A stretch of 63,640 nt of DNA, filler included, from Nitrospirae bacterium CG2_30_53_67 (lineage in GTDB: Bacteria > CG2-30-53-67), in assembly GCA_001873285.1 (NCBI GenBank). It is 4 parts of 4 records of this genome, joined end to end, with 100 filler letters (N's around TTAATTAATTAA, not from the genome) between each part and the next. Parts side by side here need not be neighbours in the genome. Positions count along the whole stretch, not along the records: positions 52,501 to 63,640 come from MNYV01000041.1; 3 more parts are not named here. The stretch is one strand, 5' to 3'. How positions within the stretch are numbered: position 1 is the stretch's first letter; each line of letters begins with the position of its first letter. The position numbers and the translations under genes are program-made. This document shows positions 53,900 to 63,640 of the stretch, piece after piece. The notes below the pieces were generated by a model. The model saw only the letters and a program-made list of their open reading frames with translations, did not search any database and was not told the DNA's origin.

Positions 53900-54937
53900 A
53901 TGTCAATGACTATGTCTGAGATATTATCAGCGCTGAGCAGGATCGAAGGGCAAAGCATGCGTGAAATCATGGAGGCTTCGACCCTGTCCGATGTTGACGC
54001 CTGCCGTGTCCGTATCCTGGGGAAGAAAGGGACACTGACACCCCTGCTCAGCGGGATGAAGGATCTGACTCCGGAGGATCGCCCGTCGGCAGGCAAGGCG
54101 GTCAATGAACTGAAAGTCAAGCTTCAGGCATGGATTGATCAGCGGACAGAAGCAATCTCTCGTCTCGAAGAAGAAAGGCGTCTGGAGGAGGAGAGGCTTG
54201 ACATTACCCTTCCAGGACGAAGAAGGCCTACCGGCCGGCTGCACCCGATCACACAGACTTTTCAGAGGATTGAAGAGATCTTTCTCGGTCTCGGCTTCCG
54301 GATCGCCGAAGGACCGGAGGTGGAAGAAGACTATTATAATTTCGAAGCCCTGAATATTCCCAGGGATCACCCCGCCCGAGATATGCAGGATACCTTCTAT
54401 ATCACGGACGATATCCTTCTTCGCACCCACACTTCTCCGGTCCAGATACGGACCATGAAAAGTCAAGCCCCTCCGGTGCGGATTATCGCTCCCGGCAAGG
54501 TCTACCGCTGCGATGCCGACATCTCTCACACCCCCATGTTTCACCAGGTTGAAGGGTTGATGGTGGACCGGCATATTACTTTCGGCGACTTGAAAGGCGT
54601 CCTCGAATTTTTTCTTCACCGGATATTCGGCAAAAAAATCGGGGTCCGTTTCCGTCCCAGTTTTTTTCCTTTCACCGAGCCTTCTGCTGAGGTGGATATT
54701 GCCTGTGTCATGTGCGAAGGCCGGGGCTGCCGCGTCTGTAAACAGTCAGGATGGCTCGAAATCATGGGCGCCGGCATGGTGGATCCGGAGGTCTTTCGTA
54801 TGGTCGGCTACCACCCGGATGAGGTCACCGGTTTTGCCTTTGGCATGGGTGTGGAGAGGATCGCCATGCTCAGATATAGGATCGACGACATCAAGCTTTT
54901 CTTTGAAAACGATCTTCGGTTCCTGTCGCAGTTTTGA
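53900..54937 (+). CDS. pheS: Phenylalanine-tRNA ligase alpha subunit
   Basis: HPARDMQDTFY, LRTHTS, FHQVEG, FPFTEPS, FAFGMG.ER. Confidence 0.98.
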   Translation: MSMTMSEILSALSRIEGQSMREIMEASTLSDVDACRVRILGKKGTLTPLLSGMKDLTPEDRPSAGKAVNELKVKLQAWIDQRTEAISRLEEERRLEEERLDITLPGRRRPTGRLHPITQTFQRIEEIFLGLGFRIAEGPEVEEDYYNFEALNIPRDHPARDMQDTFYITDDILLRTHTSPVQIRTMKSQAPPVRIIAPGKVYRCDADISHTPMFHQVEGLMVDRHITFGDLKGVLEFFLHRIFGKKIGVRFRPSFFPFTEPSAEVDIACVMCEGRGCRVCKQSGWLEIMGAGMVDPEVFRMVGYHPDEVTGFAFGMGVERIAMLRYRIDDIKLFFENDLRFLSQF

Positions 54938-54952
54938 GCATTTTAAGATTTA

Positions 54953-55296
54953 AGATCACCTCCAAAAGTATGGGTGAAAACATCAGGGGTCAAGGGGTCA
55001 AGGATTCGAGGGGTCGAGTGAAGTGCTAAAAACATAAGGGGCCAAGGGTCCTAGGGTTCAAGGGTTACGCTTCGCGTGCACCGCTTTTCTCTATTTTTGT
55101 CGTTAGATCCCGGCATCTCCTTGAATCTATTCTTGCCGGGCCGGGACCGTCTGCGACGGCTACTACAATAAGTCATCCTGGGTTCAAAGGTTACAATGTT
55201 TTTCTCTGGAGATTTTGCTTGCATTTAAGTATTTCACTTGACCCCTTGGACCCTGGAATCCTCGAACCCTTTTACCCACTATATGGGAGAAAAACC
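54953..55296. repeat. Family B composite repeat between pheS and pheT
   Basis: Octamer arms, internal hairpin module, terminal TTTACCCACTATATGGGAGAAAAACC. Confidence 0.8.
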
Positions 55297-55364
55297 AGAT
55301 TTTTAACAATTTTGTCCTGATGACTTTGTGGCAGCGTATTTAAAATCACTCTGGAAATAAGCCG

Positions 55365-57770
55365 ATGCTGATCAGTTACAACTGGTTGAGGGAACTTGCA
55401 GCATTCGATGATTCTCCTTCGGAAATCGCCGCCCGTCTGACCATGGCGGGGCTGGAAGTAGAGTCCATGACCGCCCTTGATCAAGGGCTCAATAACCTTG
55501 TCGTCGGACAGATCCTCTCTAAAGATACCATTCCCAAGACCGATCATCTCACCTTATGCAGGATTGATGTCGGGAAGGAGCATCTCCAAGTCGTCTGCGG
55601 AGCCCCGAACCACCGGGTCGGAGACAAGGTGGCGGTGGCCCTGCCGGGCGCAAGACTGCCCGGCGGAAAAGAAATCCGCAAAGCCAAAATATACGGCGTC
55701 GAATCCAACGGGATGATCTGTTCCGAAAAAGAGCTGGGCATATCGGATCATGTCTCCGGGGTCATGATCCTGGGCGAGGAATTTCTTGTAGGGGCGCCGG
55801 CTGCGGAAGCCCTGGGGCTGAAAGACACGATCCTGGAATTGAACGTGACTCCGAATCGCCCGGATGCGTTGAGCCACATGGGCGTTGCCAGGGAGATTGC
55901 GGCCCTGACCGGTTCCCTTCTGAAGATGCCGATTCCCACGGTTTCGGAGACGGGCCAGGAGATCTCCTCGTTGAGTCATGTTGAGATCCGCGATCCGGCC
56001 CTCTGCATGCGCTATACCGCCAGGATGGTCGTGGACGTCACCATTCAGCCTTCTCCTTTGAGGATACAGCAGCGTCTTCGGGCGGCGGGATTCCGGCCGA
56101 TCAACAATGTGGTCGATGTGACCAACTATGTTCTAACTGAGATGGGGCATCCATTGCATGCCTTTGATTTCGATCTCATATCACAACAACAAATCGTGGT
56201 GCGAAAGGCCCGTGAAGGGGAGAAGATCCTGACCCTGGACGGCGTTGAGAGGGAACTGGATCCCTCCATGCTCGCCATTTGTGATGCGGAGAAACCCATG
56301 GCCATAGCCGGGATCATGGGGGGTGAAGGGTCCCAGGTTAACGGGGAGACCCGCCGGATCTTCCTTGAAGCGGCCTGTTTCAATCCCGCATCCATTCGCA
56401 GGACATCCAAACAGATCGGGCTCCATTCAGAGTCCTCCCACCGTTTTGAGCGGGGAACCGACATAGAAGGAATGGTCAAGGCATTGGACCGAGCGGCTTC
56501 CCTGATTCAGGAACTCGCCGGTGGAAAAATCGCAAGAGGCCGGATCGATCTCTACCCGGTCAAACGTTCACCCCTTGAGATACCGATCCGTCAGGATCAC
56601 GTCCATTCCATCCTCGGTTTCGATATGGCGTCCGATGAGATCAACCGCATTCTCACTTCCCTTTCCCTTGAAATCGCGGAAAAGAGCGAAGGCAAGACCG
56701 TGGTCAGAATTCCAAGTTTCAGGTCCGATCTGACCCGTGAGATCGATCTCATCGAAGAGTTGGCGAGAATTTATGGTTACAACAGGATTCCAAGCACGCT
56801 TCCCCATTCCTTGATGACGTCATCGGAGATGACCTCTGCGCAAAAGTGGAGGGTACGGGTCCGCCGGATCATAGCCGGTTTAGGATACCAGGAGACCATT
56901 CACTACAGCTTCCACAATCCCAAGGATCTGGACGACCTGAACATCGGGGACGAAGACCCTCTGCGCTTACAGATCCGAATACGAAATCCTCTCAGCGAGG
57001 ATCAGAGCGTGCTGCGGTCAACCCTGCTGCCCGGATTGATCCGCACGCTTCAATACAACCTGAAACGTTCGTTGCCGGACATCAGGATATTTGAAATCGG
57101 GCATGTTTTTGAACCCCGGAACTCGGGTCTTCCTTTGGAGAAAAATCATCTTTCCGTGATGATCACCGGCAAGGACAAGCCCCTGGGTTGGGATATGCCG
57201 GGGAGAAGGGTGGACTTCTTTGATCTGAAGGGGGATCTGGAAGAACTTCTGGATAGGCTTGGGATAGGCGGCGTGGTCTTTTCGCCCCAGAATCAGTTTC
57301 CATTCCTGCATCCTAAAAAAAGCGCATGGATCGAATGCGGCAAGACTCGGCTGGGCTTTATGGGTGAATTTCATCCCGGTATCCTGAAAAAATTTGAACT
57401 TCCCGATCCGGTCCAGTATGGTGAGATGGACCTTGACCTCTGCCTGCAGGAGACCGATGACTCGGTCAGTTACGAGGTCGTACCGCATTTCCCTTCCGTA
57501 GACAGAGACATCGCCCTGATCCTTGCTGAAGAGATCTCTTGTGCCGAGGTCCAGGAACGGATACGGAGCCTGAAACCCGACCTGATCCGCGAGGTCCGTG
57601 TTTTTGATCTCTACAAGGGGAAGCACATTCCTGAAGGGAAGAAGAGCCTTGCGTTTAGAATACGATTTCAGGCCGATGATCGGACCTTGACCGACCCGGA
57701 GATCAACAAGATCCGGGACCGGATTGCGGCAGAGATGGGCAAAGCATTCCATGCGGCTTTGCGGGAATAA
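55365..57770 (+). CDS. pheT: Phenylalanine-tRNA ligase beta subunit
   Basis: VCGAPN, SNGMICS..ELG, TPNRPD, RFERG, DLIEE..R.YGY, FDX-ACB domain. Confidence 0.98.
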   Translation: MLISYNWLRELAAFDDSPSEIAARLTMAGLEVESMTALDQGLNNLVVGQILSKDTIPKTDHLTLCRIDVGKEHLQVVCGAPNHRVGDKVAVALPGARLPGGKEIRKAKIYGVESNGMICSEKELGISDHVSGVMILGEEFLVGAPAAEALGLKDTILELNVTPNRPDALSHMGVAREIAALTGSLLKMPIPTVSETGQEISSLSHVEIRDPALCMRYTARMVVDVTIQPSPLRIQQRLRAAGFRPINNVVDVTNYVLTEMGHPLHAFDFDLISQQQIVVRKAREGEKILTLDGVERELDPSMLAICDAEKPMAIAGIMGGEGSQVNGETRRIFLEAACFNPASIRRTSKQIGLHSESSHRFERGTDIEGMVKALDRAASLIQELAGGKIARGRIDLYPVKRSPLEIPIRQDHVHSILGFDMASDEINRILTSLSLEIAEKSEGKTVVRIPSFRSDLTREIDLIEELARIYGYNRIPSTLPHSLMTSSEMTSAQKWRVRVRRIIAGLGYQETIHYSFHNPKDLDDLNIGDEDPLRLQIRIRNPLSEDQSVLRSTLLPGLIRTLQYNLKRSLPDIRIFEIGHVFEPRNSGLPLEKNHLSVMITGKDKPLGWDMPGRRVDFFDLKGDLEELLDRLGIGGVVFSPQNQFPFLHPKKSAWIECGKTRLGFMGEFHPGILKKFELPDPVQYGEMDLDLCLQETDDSVSYEVVPHFPSVDRDIALILAEEISCAEVQERIRSLKPDLIREVRVFDLYKGKHIPEGKKSLAFRIRFQADDRTLTDPEINKIRDRIAAEMGKAFHAALRE

Positions 57771-57772
57771 AG

Positions 57773-57905
57773 AGGGCAAGGGTTCAAGGGTTTTTCTCTG
57801 TAGATTTTGCTTGCGTTTCAGTATCTCACTTGAACCCTTGACCCCTCGACCCCTGGAACCCTTTTTACCCACTAAATGGCCGATGGCTCGTAGAGGAAAA
57901 GAACC
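57773..57905. repeat. Family B repeat between pheT and mtnA
   Basis: Matches 55180-55296 (TTTTCTCT..AGATTTTGCTTGC...CACTTGA.CCCTT..TTTACCCACTA.ATGG). Confidence 0.8.
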
Positions 57906-57963
57906 AGAAATAATAAATCAAAGATCATAATTTACAAACGAAAGGCTTCTCAGGACAAACAAT

Positions 57964-59055
57964 ATGATCCCCACAGTCGAGTGGAAAAATAACAAGGTCC
58001 GCATGATCGATCAGACGCTTCTGCCTTTAAAAGTCGTTTACCGGGAATATTCCGATTATCATGAAGTCATCTCTGCAATTAAAAATCTGGTGGTGCGCGG
58101 AGCGCCGGCCATCGGGGTTACGGCAGCCATGGCCGTGGCCCTGGCTGCCCGGGAGGTCAAGGCCGAATCCGCAGGTGATTTACTTCAGAAACTGGGGCCG
58201 ATCTGTGATGAGATCGCTTCGGCACGACCTACGGCGGTGAATCTTTTCTGGGCGGTTCAGAGGATGAAGGCCTTTGCAGAACGGAGCAAAGGGCTTTCCG
58301 TCAAGGAGATAAAAGAGGGCCTGATCCGTGAAGCCGAGGCCATCGGAGAAGAGGATATAGCGGTTAACCGGGCCATGGGACGTTATGGAGCCGAATTCAT
58401 CCGTGATCATGACACGATCCTGACCCATTGCAACGCGGGTTCACTGGCTACCGCCTGTTTCGGCACCGCCCTCGGCGTGATCTACACGGCCCAAGAGCAG
58501 GGGAAAAAAATCAAGGTATTTGCCGATGAAACCCGGCCGGTTCTTCAGGGCGCCAGGCTCACGGCCTGGGAATTGATGCAGGAGGGGATTGATGTCACCC
58601 TGATCACCGACAACATGGCGGGTTATTTCATGAAAAAGGGGATGATTCATCTTGTGATGGTGGGGGCGGACAGGATCGTCGCCAATGGAGATACGGCCAA
58701 CAAGATCGGGACCTATTCCGTGGCCGTCCTTGCCAAGGAACACGGCATCCCTTTTTATGTCGCGGCCCCGGCATCCACCATTGATCTATCCTTGCCGTCC
58801 GGTGAACATATTCCCATTGAGGAGAGGGACCCCATGGAAGTGACCCATATCTTCCATAAGATGCAGATCGCCCCGGAAGGCGTGAAGGTTGCCAATCCGG
58901 CCTTTGACGTCACCCCCGCGCGTTACATTACAGCCATCATCACGGAAAGAGGGGCCTTTTACCCCGGGGATGTTTACAAGATCAAGGACCCCGAAGCGGA
59001 CATGGAAAACATCCGGATCCATCCGGATTTAAAAACTCAGGGGAAACCGGAATAG
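57964..59055 (+). CDS. mtnA: S-methyl-5-thioribose-1-phosphate isomerase
   Basis: [52 protein letters not shown]. Confidence 0.96.
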   Translation: MIPTVEWKNNKVRMIDQTLLPLKVVYREYSDYHEVISAIKNLVVRGAPAIGVTAAMAVALAAREVKAESAGDLLQKLGPICDEIASARPTAVNLFWAVQRMKAFAERSKGLSVKEIKEGLIREAEAIGEEDIAVNRAMGRYGAEFIRDHDTILTHCNAGSLATACFGTALGVIYTAQEQGKKIKVFADETRPVLQGARLTAWELMQEGIDVTLITDNMAGYFMKKGMIHLVMVGADRIVANGDTANKIGTYSVAVLAKEHGIPFYVAAPASTIDLSLPSGEHIPIEERDPMEVTHIFHKMQIAPEGVKVANPAFDVTPARYITAIITERGAFYPGDVYKIKDPEADMENIRIHPDLKTQGKPE

Positions 59056-59087
59056 CTGTCTATTGCTGATCCATCATCGCCCCGAAA

Positions 59088-60098
59088 TCAGGCAAAGAGC
59101 CTCCTGATCAAGGACGTCCTGTTTTTCACACCCACCTTGTCGAAGATATGCTTTAAATGCACCTTGACCGTATGTTCGCTGATGAACATCTGTTCGCCTA
59201 TCTCCATGTTGCTCAGTCCCTGGAAGATCAGGTTGACCAGTTCCTTCTCTCTGCGGGAGAGTCCGTACCGGATGGCGAACGTATCGGTGTCGAAGGGGAG
59301 TTCCTTTGGAGGCACATGGGTCATCACCAGGATGTAATCGTTCCCCAGAGGATCCTTTTCGTCTTTTTCCAGAATCATCATCAGGACATTCAGGACCTGT
59401 CCGTCCGGCAAGGTCCATTCGGTCTCTGCCCGGTTGGATCGTTTTCTCCGCCGGGCGGTCAGGGATTTTGCATAGAGACTCCGGAGCAGCTTGACCACGG
59501 AGGGGTGAAGGCCGTAAGGCGGTTTGGTGCGGGTCCTTGTTCCTGAACTGAATTTGGAAAAAATAGCCCTCGATCCTGGATTCATGTAGACCGGTGTTCC
59601 CATGGAATCATAGAGGATCATGGCGATCGGAGCCTCGTTGCAGGCCTGCTCAAAGATCCGTCTTTCTTCGTTCATCTGCCTGAAGGTGCTGTCAAAGTTG
59701 ATCTTGTCCCGCACAGAGGCCCGGATCCATGCCAGGAGCTCCGCCTCCTGAATCGGTTTGGTCAGATACTTATCTGCGCCTTCATTGAGACCCGATACGA
59801 TGTCTTCCGTGGTTGTCCGCTCCGCGGTAAAAAGGATCACGGGGATATGGGCCGTAGCCGGGTTTTTCTTGATCCTCTTGCAGAGTTCCATACCATCCAA
59901 TTCGGGCATGTTGACATCCAGGATCACCAGGTCGATCTTGCTCTTTTTCAGGATCTTGCTGGTCTCCTTTGGGTTCTGTGTGGCATGAACGTGATAGCCG
60001 TTCAGTTCAAGGATGGTTTTCAATAAGAGAAGATTGTCTTGAATGTCGTCTACGATCAGAATGTCGTTCATCATGTTGTTCAATGCGGTTGTTTTCAT
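59088..60098 (-). CDS. Response regulator, REC-PAS-like-LuxR HTH
   Basis: ILIVDD, LDVNMP..DG, KP; LSRREKE...GLSN.EI...ISEHTVK.HL..IFDK; start placed just after the upstream stop. Confidence 0.9.
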   Translation of the reverse strand: MKTTALNNMMNDILIVDDIQDNLLLLKTILELNGYHVHATQNPKETSKILKKSKIDLVILDVNMPELDGMELCKRIKKNPATAHIPVILFTAERTTTEDIVSGLNEGADKYLTKPIQEAELLAWIRASVRDKINFDSTFRQMNEERRIFEQACNEAPIAMILYDSMGTPVYMNPGSRAIFSKFSSGTRTRTKPPYGLHPSVVKLLRSLYAKSLTARRRKRSNRAETEWTLPDGQVLNVLMMILEKDEKDPLGNDYILVMTHVPPKELPFDTDTFAIRYGLSRREKELVNLIFQGLSNMEIGEQMFISEHTVKVHLKHIFDKVGVKNRTSLIRRLFA

Positions 60099-60100
60099 AG

Positions 60101-60886
60101 CTATCCCTTGCATAAAGTTAAATGAATCTCCAAACGCCCTTTTGTCCTGGTGACGGACATTTCCCCTCCCATCATGGCCATATAGAACCGTGACAAGAGC
60201 ATACCAAATCGAATCCTTCCTGGAATATTGCTTTTCACGGTCCATGTGAAAAGCTCTTCCGTTTCCATGATACCCGATCCGGAAAAAACCAGCATGATGC
60301 CGAGGGCGCCCCGGGAACGGACGGATTTCGCCGCCGGGAGCTCTTTCACGTTGACATGAATCTTCCGGGGCTTGAACAGAAAAAGCACACCCTCAAATAT
60401 ATTTTCCAAAATAAGCTGCAACTTTTGCTCGTCCCCCAGTATCCGGTAAGAAATTTTGGACGGAGTGTAAAACAGGTTGATCCCTTTCCCCTGAACCTTC
60501 ATGGAACGGAGGATCTTGTCCAGTGTGGAATTCAAAAAAGGGTGGACGGCGATCAAGTCTTGATGAAATTCGGTATTCTGTCCGACGGCCCGGCAATATT
60601 CCACCAGATGATCCAGGATGGTCAGGAGATCCGTACTCCTTCTCAGAATGATGCCCACCTCTTTCTTCTGTTCAGCGTTCAGATTCCCGATGCGTTCACT
60701 CAGGAGGATCTCGGAAAAGCCGATGACGCTGTTCATAGGGGACCGAAGGTCATGGGACAGATCTGAGATGACGTCATGGATATTCGGAAGAAATTTGAAC
60801 CGTGAAGGAGACGGTGACCCCATCTTTTTATGTGCGTTCATTAATTTCGGAACTTTTTCTAATGTTGTTTTGGATAATGCGTTCAT
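60101..60886 (-). CDS. HisKA protein with degenerate ATPase domain (pseudokinase/phosphotransferase-like)
   Basis: Intact H-box SHDLRSPMNSVIGFSEIL; eroded N, G1 and G2 boxes (ENIFEG, FSGSGI, RFGMLLS). Start uncertain. Confidence 0.75.
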   Translation of the reverse strand: MNALSKTTLEKVPKLMNAHKKMGSPSPSRFKFLPNIHDVISDLSHDLRSPMNSVIGFSEILLSERIGNLNAEQKKEVGIILRRSTDLLTILDHLVEYCRAVGQNTEFHQDLIAVHPFLNSTLDKILRSMKVQGKGINLFYTPSKISYRILGDEQKLQLILENIFEGVLFLFKPRKIHVNVKELPAAKSVRSRGALGIMLVFSGSGIMETEELFTWTVKSNIPGRIRFGMLLSRFYMAMMGGEMSVTRTKGRLEIHLTLCKG

Positions 60887-61211
60887 TATTGATTTTATTT
60901 TTTAAAATCAAATCACGATTTTATTTAATATAGCACTTTTTTTTGATGGATACAACTATGCCCCAGTAGAAAATAGGCCCTTTAGGAGATTCCGTGTCCT
61001 CCATCGAAATTGTGAAAATATAGCACAAAATAAAGTTAAAACAAAGAATAAAATAATCCCATGGATGTGACGGCAGGATACGGGAATGGAGAATTTTTCC
61101 GGATGCCGGCATACTAAAAGAGGCCCCTCAGGTTTTAAGACCAGGGGACGGCGTGTGAAGAGGTTGGGACTCATGATGCAACTCCATGAATTCATTAGAT
61201 AAATAGCTTTA

Positions 61212-62800
61212 TTAATTCTCTCGGTGATCCAAGACTCCTCTTATTCTCCGGGCCAGCACAGACGGTGTGAAAGGCTTGGACAGGAAGTGAACACCCTCCT
61301 GGTCCAGGGGGATCCGTTCGTCCGCATAGCCGGACATGAAAAGAATCTTCATGCCGGGGCGGGTCTTCCTGATCTGCCGGGCCATATCCGGGCCGCTCTG
61401 TTCCGGCAGGACCACGTCGGTCAAAAGCAGGTCAATGTCTCCCACATGCTCCTGCATCCGGCGCAAGGCCTCTTCCCCGGTTCCGGCGGATAAAACCTGA
61501 TATCCCAGATCCGATAAAACCTGAACAGCCAGATCAAGAATGACCGCTTCGTCTTCAACAATGAGGATCGTCTCGCTGCCTCGGGGGATCGCATCTTTTA
61601 GGGAGGGGAGGGGATGCGCCTTCTCATCCTCTGTTTCCGAAATTGCGGGAAAATAAACTTTGAACGTTGTCCCTTGTCCCGGTTCGCTGTAGACATAGAT
61701 ATGGCCGCCCAACTGTTTTACAATGCCATAGACCGTGGAGAGCCCCAGGCCCGTGCCTTCTTTCTTGGTTGTGTAGAAAGGCTCGAAGATGTTTGCTCCG
61801 GGGAGAAGGTGTGCAGAAGAAGGTCCGCGTAGCCGATGATGGCCGTGAGAAGATTGTTGAAATCGTGGGCGATGCCGCCTGCAAACCGTCCGATGGCCTC
61901 CATCTTCTGTGCCTGAAGAAACTGGGCCTCAAGTTTTTTTCGCTCGGTTACGTCACGGGCCACAGCGACGATGTAGTCCCGGTCTGGGAGGGAGACATAG
62001 CGAGCGTTGATCTCCACAGGCGTCACGTCTCCATTCTTGCAGCGGTGCTCCCGCTCAGCCAGGTCCTGGCCGATCTTCTTGAGTTCGGCGGCGCGCAGTC
62101 CCCAGGTATCGAGGGTGGCGATCCGGCTGTCGATTTCCCAGACGTGGAGGGCGAGCATCTCTTCCCGGGTGTAACCCAAACTACGGCAGGCCTGCTTGTT
62201 CACGTCCAGGATGCGCCCTGTATCGGGTTCGACGACAAAGATGGCGTCGTTGGAGTGATCGAGCAATGTCCGGAAGAGGAGGAGTTCCTTTTTGGCATGC
62301 TCCTGTTCGACATAGGCCGACTCGAGTTGGAGCATCTTCTGCTCGAGCTTCATGACCAGCCGTTCGTTGTAGAGCTTGAGGATCTGTTTCTCTCCCTCGA
62401 CTCCGGCATTATTTTTCCGGATCTTTCCTGCTTCGGCTTCCTGGATGACCTTCCGGATGATCTTCAGGAACTCTTCGGGCTCCGTGGGTTTCCGGATGAA
62501 CCCGTCGGCGCCGAGCTTATAGGCCAGTTCCTCGTCTCTGGCCTCGGTATAGGTCGCGGTGTAGAAGACAAAGTGGACCCTCTGCAGGGCCGGGTCGGCC
62601 TTGACTTGGCGGCAGAATTCAAAGCCGTCCATGACCGGCATGAGGATGTCGGAAATGATGAGTCCGGGCCGCTCTTTTCGGGCGATCTTCAGGGCCTTTT
62701 CCCCATTGGCGGCCGCTGTCACCTGGTGGCCCTCCTTCATCAAGAGTGTCTCCAGCAGGTATTGCGTCTCTTTATTGTCTTCTACAATCAGAATTTTCAT
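61212..62800 (-). pseudogene. Hybrid kinase REC-PAS-HisKA-HATPase-REC with internal deletion and frameshift near 61795
   Basis: [19 protein letters not shown] joins, out of frame, [32 protein letters not shown] and the C-terminal REC; N and G1 boxes are absent. Confidence 0.85.
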
Positions 62801-63171
62801 AAATCCTTCCCCTGAAAATATTTCTGCAGCTCGGTCATGAATGTCTCGGGATCAATGGGTTTCTCGATGTATCCGGCGCACCCCGCGGCCAGGGCCTTTT
62901 CTCGGTCGCCGGCCATGGCATAGGAGGTCAACGCCACGATCGGGACCGTCTGATCGGCCCCGGAACCACGGATCCGTCTGGTCACCTCCAGGCCGTCAAT
63001 ATCCGGAAGCTGAATGTCCACCAGAATAAGGTCCAATCCCGGTTCCCGGGCCCGGGCCACACCCGAGGCGCCGTCTCGTGCCTCGATAACCTCATGACCG
63101 CTCTTCTCCAGGATAAAGCGGACTAGATAGATGTTCGCCTCGTTGTCCTCGATGACCAGGATGCGCTTCAT
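62797..63171 (-). CDS. Single-domain response regulator (DivK-like)
   Basis: [28 protein letters not shown]...AGC..YI.KPI; AGGAG RBS. Confidence 0.9.
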   Translation of the reverse strand: MKRILVIEDNEANIYLVRFILEKSGHEVIEARDGASGVARAREPGLDLILVDIQLPDIDGLEVTRRIRGSGADQTVPIVALTSYAMAGDREKALAAGCAGYIEKPIDPETFMTELQKYFQGKDL

Positions 63172-63235
63172 GGTCTTTCTCCTCATGGCAGTATTGTACA
63201 GACATATACATAACCTCATCAGTCAACCAGACCTT

Positions 63236-63329
63236 GTCATTCCCCGATCCCCCGATCAAGTCGGAGGACAGGCCCGATCGGGGAATCCAGCCAGTCGAAC
63301 TGGATTGTCCGGTCGAGCCGGACAATGAC
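63236..63329. repeat. REP-like double hairpin (GTCATT..GAATCCAG..TGGATT..AATGAC)
   Basis: Same architecture as 390-473, with an inserted CCCCCGATCAAGTCGGAGGACAGG unit. Confidence 0.7.
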
Positions 63330-63453
63330 AAAACAAAGAAACGGCTGTTATTTATTCGTGCCCATTCGTGGCTGGGTAGTATTTTTTGGCGCCTTTGTGC
63401 CTTGGTGGCGTAAAAGGCTTTTCTCTGTGCCCTCTGTGGCGTCTGTTCTTCTT

Positions 63454-63640
63454 TCATGACCTTTTAACCGGCAACAGCACCGTAAATTCGCTCCCCTTCC
63501 CGAAACGGCTTTGGACCGAGATGGTTCCACCGAGAAGTCCGGACAGCTTTTTACAGAGATAGAGGCCCAAGCCGGTCCCATCGTATTTCTTGGTCAGCGA
63601 CATATCCACCTGCTGGAAGGGCTCAAAGAGAAGCCGCATG
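63454..63640 (-). CDS. Sensor histidine kinase, C-terminal HATPase fragment
   Basis: LFEPFQQVD...GTGLGL...LLGG.I.V.S..GKGSEF; runs off the window end. Confidence 0.9.
   Translation of the reverse strand, partial: MRLLFEPFQQVDMSLTKKYDGTGLGLYLCKKLSGLLGGTISVQSRFGKGSEFTVLLPVKRS

Noticed and set aside
52501..57905. Repeats considered as a CRISPR array
   Set aside because: No regular repeat-spacer periodicity and no cas genes.

Overview
The window is four contigs joined by 100-bp N/TTAATTAATTAA linkers (18456-18555, 36375-36474, 52401-52500), so adjacency across those points carries no biological meaning. Gene content and the 16S suggest a Gram-negative bacterium of the Nitrospirota/Desulfobacterota kind (inference only). 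Contig 1 holds a partial DUF433 gene, rmuC, a CBM48 protein, a sensor kinase/sigma54 regulator/CBS/ArsB-NhaD cluster, a three-gene TPR operon, a periplasmic MauG-like diheme + Tat metallophosphoesterase + SoxA/TsdA-like cytochrome operon, and a mazEF-type module beside a decayed RAYT (HUH) transposase element. Contig 2 holds the tuf start, Thr-Tyr-Gly-Thr tRNAs, rlmB, cysS, larB, a Na/Pi transporter, gpsA, moaA, Gly-Cys-Leu tRNAs, hisS, aspS, a LysM lipoprotein, a degenerate GGDEF protein and a partial multiheme cytochrome. Contig 3 holds an MSHA-like type IV pilus cluster and an rRNA operon whose spacer carries tRNA-Ile-like relics. Contig 4 holds infC-rpmI-rplT-pheS-pheT-mtnA and a signalling cluster with a ChpT-like pseudokinase and an internally deleted hybrid kinase. 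Several families of small non-autonomous repeats occur between genes, nest in one another and in three cases supply gene ends. The best candidates for an undescribed system are the MauG-like redox operon and the RAYT/REP-flanked toxin-antitoxin cassette. Neither can be shown to be novel without database searches.
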